DNA of 64,000 bases from the human T2T-CHM13v2.0 reference genome, Homo sapiens. Shown one piece after another: positions 62,216 to 64,000 of this stretch. The stretch covers positions 31,488,001 through 31,552,000 of the forward strand of contig CP068257.2 in NCBI GenBank assembly GCA_009914755.4, given 5' to 3'. Position 1 is the stretch's first letter. Every line of letters starts with the position of its first letter. The notes under the pieces are model-generated. The model saw only the letters and a list, made by a program, of their open reading frames with translations, was not told the DNA's origin and ran no database searches. The translations under genes were made by a program, and so were the position numbers.

Positions 62216-62868
62216 TTTAAAAAAATTTTTAAAAAGAAAAGAGAAAAAAAGAAGATAACCGCGCAAGGGCAGCTACAAATGACAAGTGACACTTGGCTTC
62301 AGGCTCAGGGAGGCAGTGGGAGTGGCAGTGTAGTGGATGCGGTGATGCTGCCCACCTCCCCTGGCAGGACGGGGACATCCTTCCCTCTGCTGCTGGGAGT
62401 GTGGTTGCTGACAGCTCTCGCTGGGGACGTTCCCTGGGAATCGCCCTCCTCTGGAAATAGCCACCTTGCCCAACAACTTCCCCCTCCTGGGGGCAACCCA
62501 CATCCAATGATGATTGATATGGCTCCTTCCTTGAGGCAGGACAACTTCAAAAGACCATCCTAGCTCCTGTGGGATGGGCTAAACCCTTGGTTGTGACAGA
62601 TCCACTGCACTGCAGTTCAGCTTCTCCATCCAATCCTTCTTTCTTCATTCACATTACCTGTGTTGATCCTGAGACCAGTCCCCAAGAAACTCCTGACTGT
62701 AAATCCCATCTCACAGCCAACTTCTCAGGGAGCCCCATCCAAGGCAGGTGGGGCTGAGGCTTACCAGGAGTGGGTGGCTGCTGCTCTAGCTGTTGTCCCA
62801 TGCTGTAACTGAGCTAGATCTTGCAATCTTTCAAAAGAAGTTACAAATCTCTAACTGTATGTGAAATC

Positions 62869-63042
62869 TTGTTTTGTTTTGTTTTGTTTTGTTTTGAGAT
62901 AGGGTCTTGCTCTGTCATCCAGGCTTAAGTGCAGTGGCACCATCACAGCTCACTGCAGCCACGACCTCCCCAGCTTAAGCAATCCTCCCACCTCAGCCTC
63001 CCAAGTAGCTAGGATCACAGGTGCACACCACCAGACCTGGTT

Positions 63043-63073
<31 letters not shown>

Positions 63074-63191
63074 GTAGAGATGAGGTCTCCCTATGTTGCC
63101 CAGGCTGGTCTTGAACTCCTGGGCTCAAGCAATCCTTCCATCTCGGCCTCCCAAAGTGATGGGATTATAGGCATGAGCCACTGCACCCAAC
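62869..63191 (-). mobile_element. Alu SINE (minus) with expanded internal poly-T linker
   Basis: '(gtttt)n gagatagggtcttgctctgtcatccaggcttaagtgcagtggcaccatcacagctcactgcagccacgacctccccagcttaagcaatcctcccacctcagcctcccaagtagctaggatcacaggtgcacaccaccagacctggttaa t(33) gtagagatgaggtctccctatgttgcccaggctggtcttgaactcctgggctcaagcaatcc...ggcatgagccactgcacccaacc'. Confidence 0.9.
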
Positions 63192-64000
63192 CAAAATCTT
63201 GTAATCTTTAAATGTCAGTTTGCTTCTTGGCTATCTCATTTACAATCTCTGAAGTCAACCTTCTTCACCAAAGATCATAAGTCTTAATCATGAAATATAT
63301 CCAGTCTCTTGAAACCAGTAAAGCGAATCTATGTACTCCTGCATTCCACCTTATCCCTTCAAATCCTCTGATGATTGGCCAAATATGAAAAGAGATCATA
63401 ACAGCACTGACCTTTATGTAGGCCATCAATCTTATTTCACATCCATTGTCTATTTTGATGACGTCTTTACACTGTGTCATTCGGGTCACAGGTTAATGAT
63501 CTACTTTGTATTCACTGGAGGTGATCACAGTGGAGTCTCAGGTGGGCCACAAGTTGAGACACAAGGACATCATCTCCTGTGTGGTGGAGATGCCCAAGTT
63601 TCTCAGCCTCTCACTCTCCCACCCACTTGCCTTGTCCTCAAGCATTGGAACAGAGTCACTTGCCATGTTGATCTAGATCAATGAAACTTTAGAGCATGAG
63701 TTTTAAATTTTAACTTATTTCTGAAATTGTTGATGCAGAATCAATGCACACAACTGTGCAAACCAGGGTTGAGTGGCCCAGTTCTCCCCTACAGCTCCCT
63801 GCGTGCGGTAACTTATAGACGTCCCTAACACTGAATGGATGGAGTCTGGAAACCACCATCAGAGGTGGTCTGGCTACAGGTCCACATGCATCGTTAGCCC
63901 CTCTCCATTTCTCACATGGCTTCAATCAAGCAGAGATTTCATCTCCGTCTGCTTCTGCCAGACTATCAATCCAAAAAGCTAATGGGACACTTGTTTGTTG

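Overview
This window is mammalian, specifically primate/human-type, nuclear DNA. It is not a prokaryotic locus. Its content is dominated by interspersed repeats, all recognised by direct reading against remembered consensus sequences.

- **Alu SINEs:** about 35 copies or fragments on both strands, many with poly-A or poly-T tails and readable target-site duplications (TSDs).
- **Other SINEs:** several MIR fragments.
- **LINE-1:** three to four 3'-end fragments, one of which carries three nested Alu insertions.
- **MaLR LTRs:** five solo LTRs, comprising one THE1-like, two MSTA-like and two MLT1-like copies.
- **Simple and tandem repeats:** an (ATT)n repeat, GA-rich and CT-rich tracts, a (GGAA)n repeat, (TG)n/(TA)n runs, a 38-bp triplicated repeat, a 49-bp repeat and a 48-bp repeat.

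The supplied six-frame ORFs are not credible genes. They are explained by Alu read-through (the recurring peptide '...[40 protein letters not shown]...'), purine/pyrimidine microsatellites or minisatellites, so I call no CDS. I find no operon structure, CRISPR array, rRNA/tRNA or defence system, and the hint of a novel system is not supported by the sequence.

The most interesting non-repeat signals are listed below.
- A CpG-island-like, GC-rich block at about 32.5-32.9 kb with CCAAT-like and CRE-half-site-like motifs, and a smaller CpG-retaining block at about 19.3-19.6 kb.
- A 48-bp, roughly 8-copy minisatellite at 61.1-61.5 kb.
- A 49-bp internal tandem expansion inside an MLT1 LTR.
- A roughly 100-bp near-perfect palindrome abutting a tail-less Alu.
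- A roughly 185-bp inverted repeat pair bracketing a young Alu.
- Several very young-looking AluY insertions (consensus-like, CpGs intact, long pure A tails, perfect TSDs) that are candidates for insertion polymorphism.

Coordinates of repeat boundaries are approximate, to within about 10 bp.
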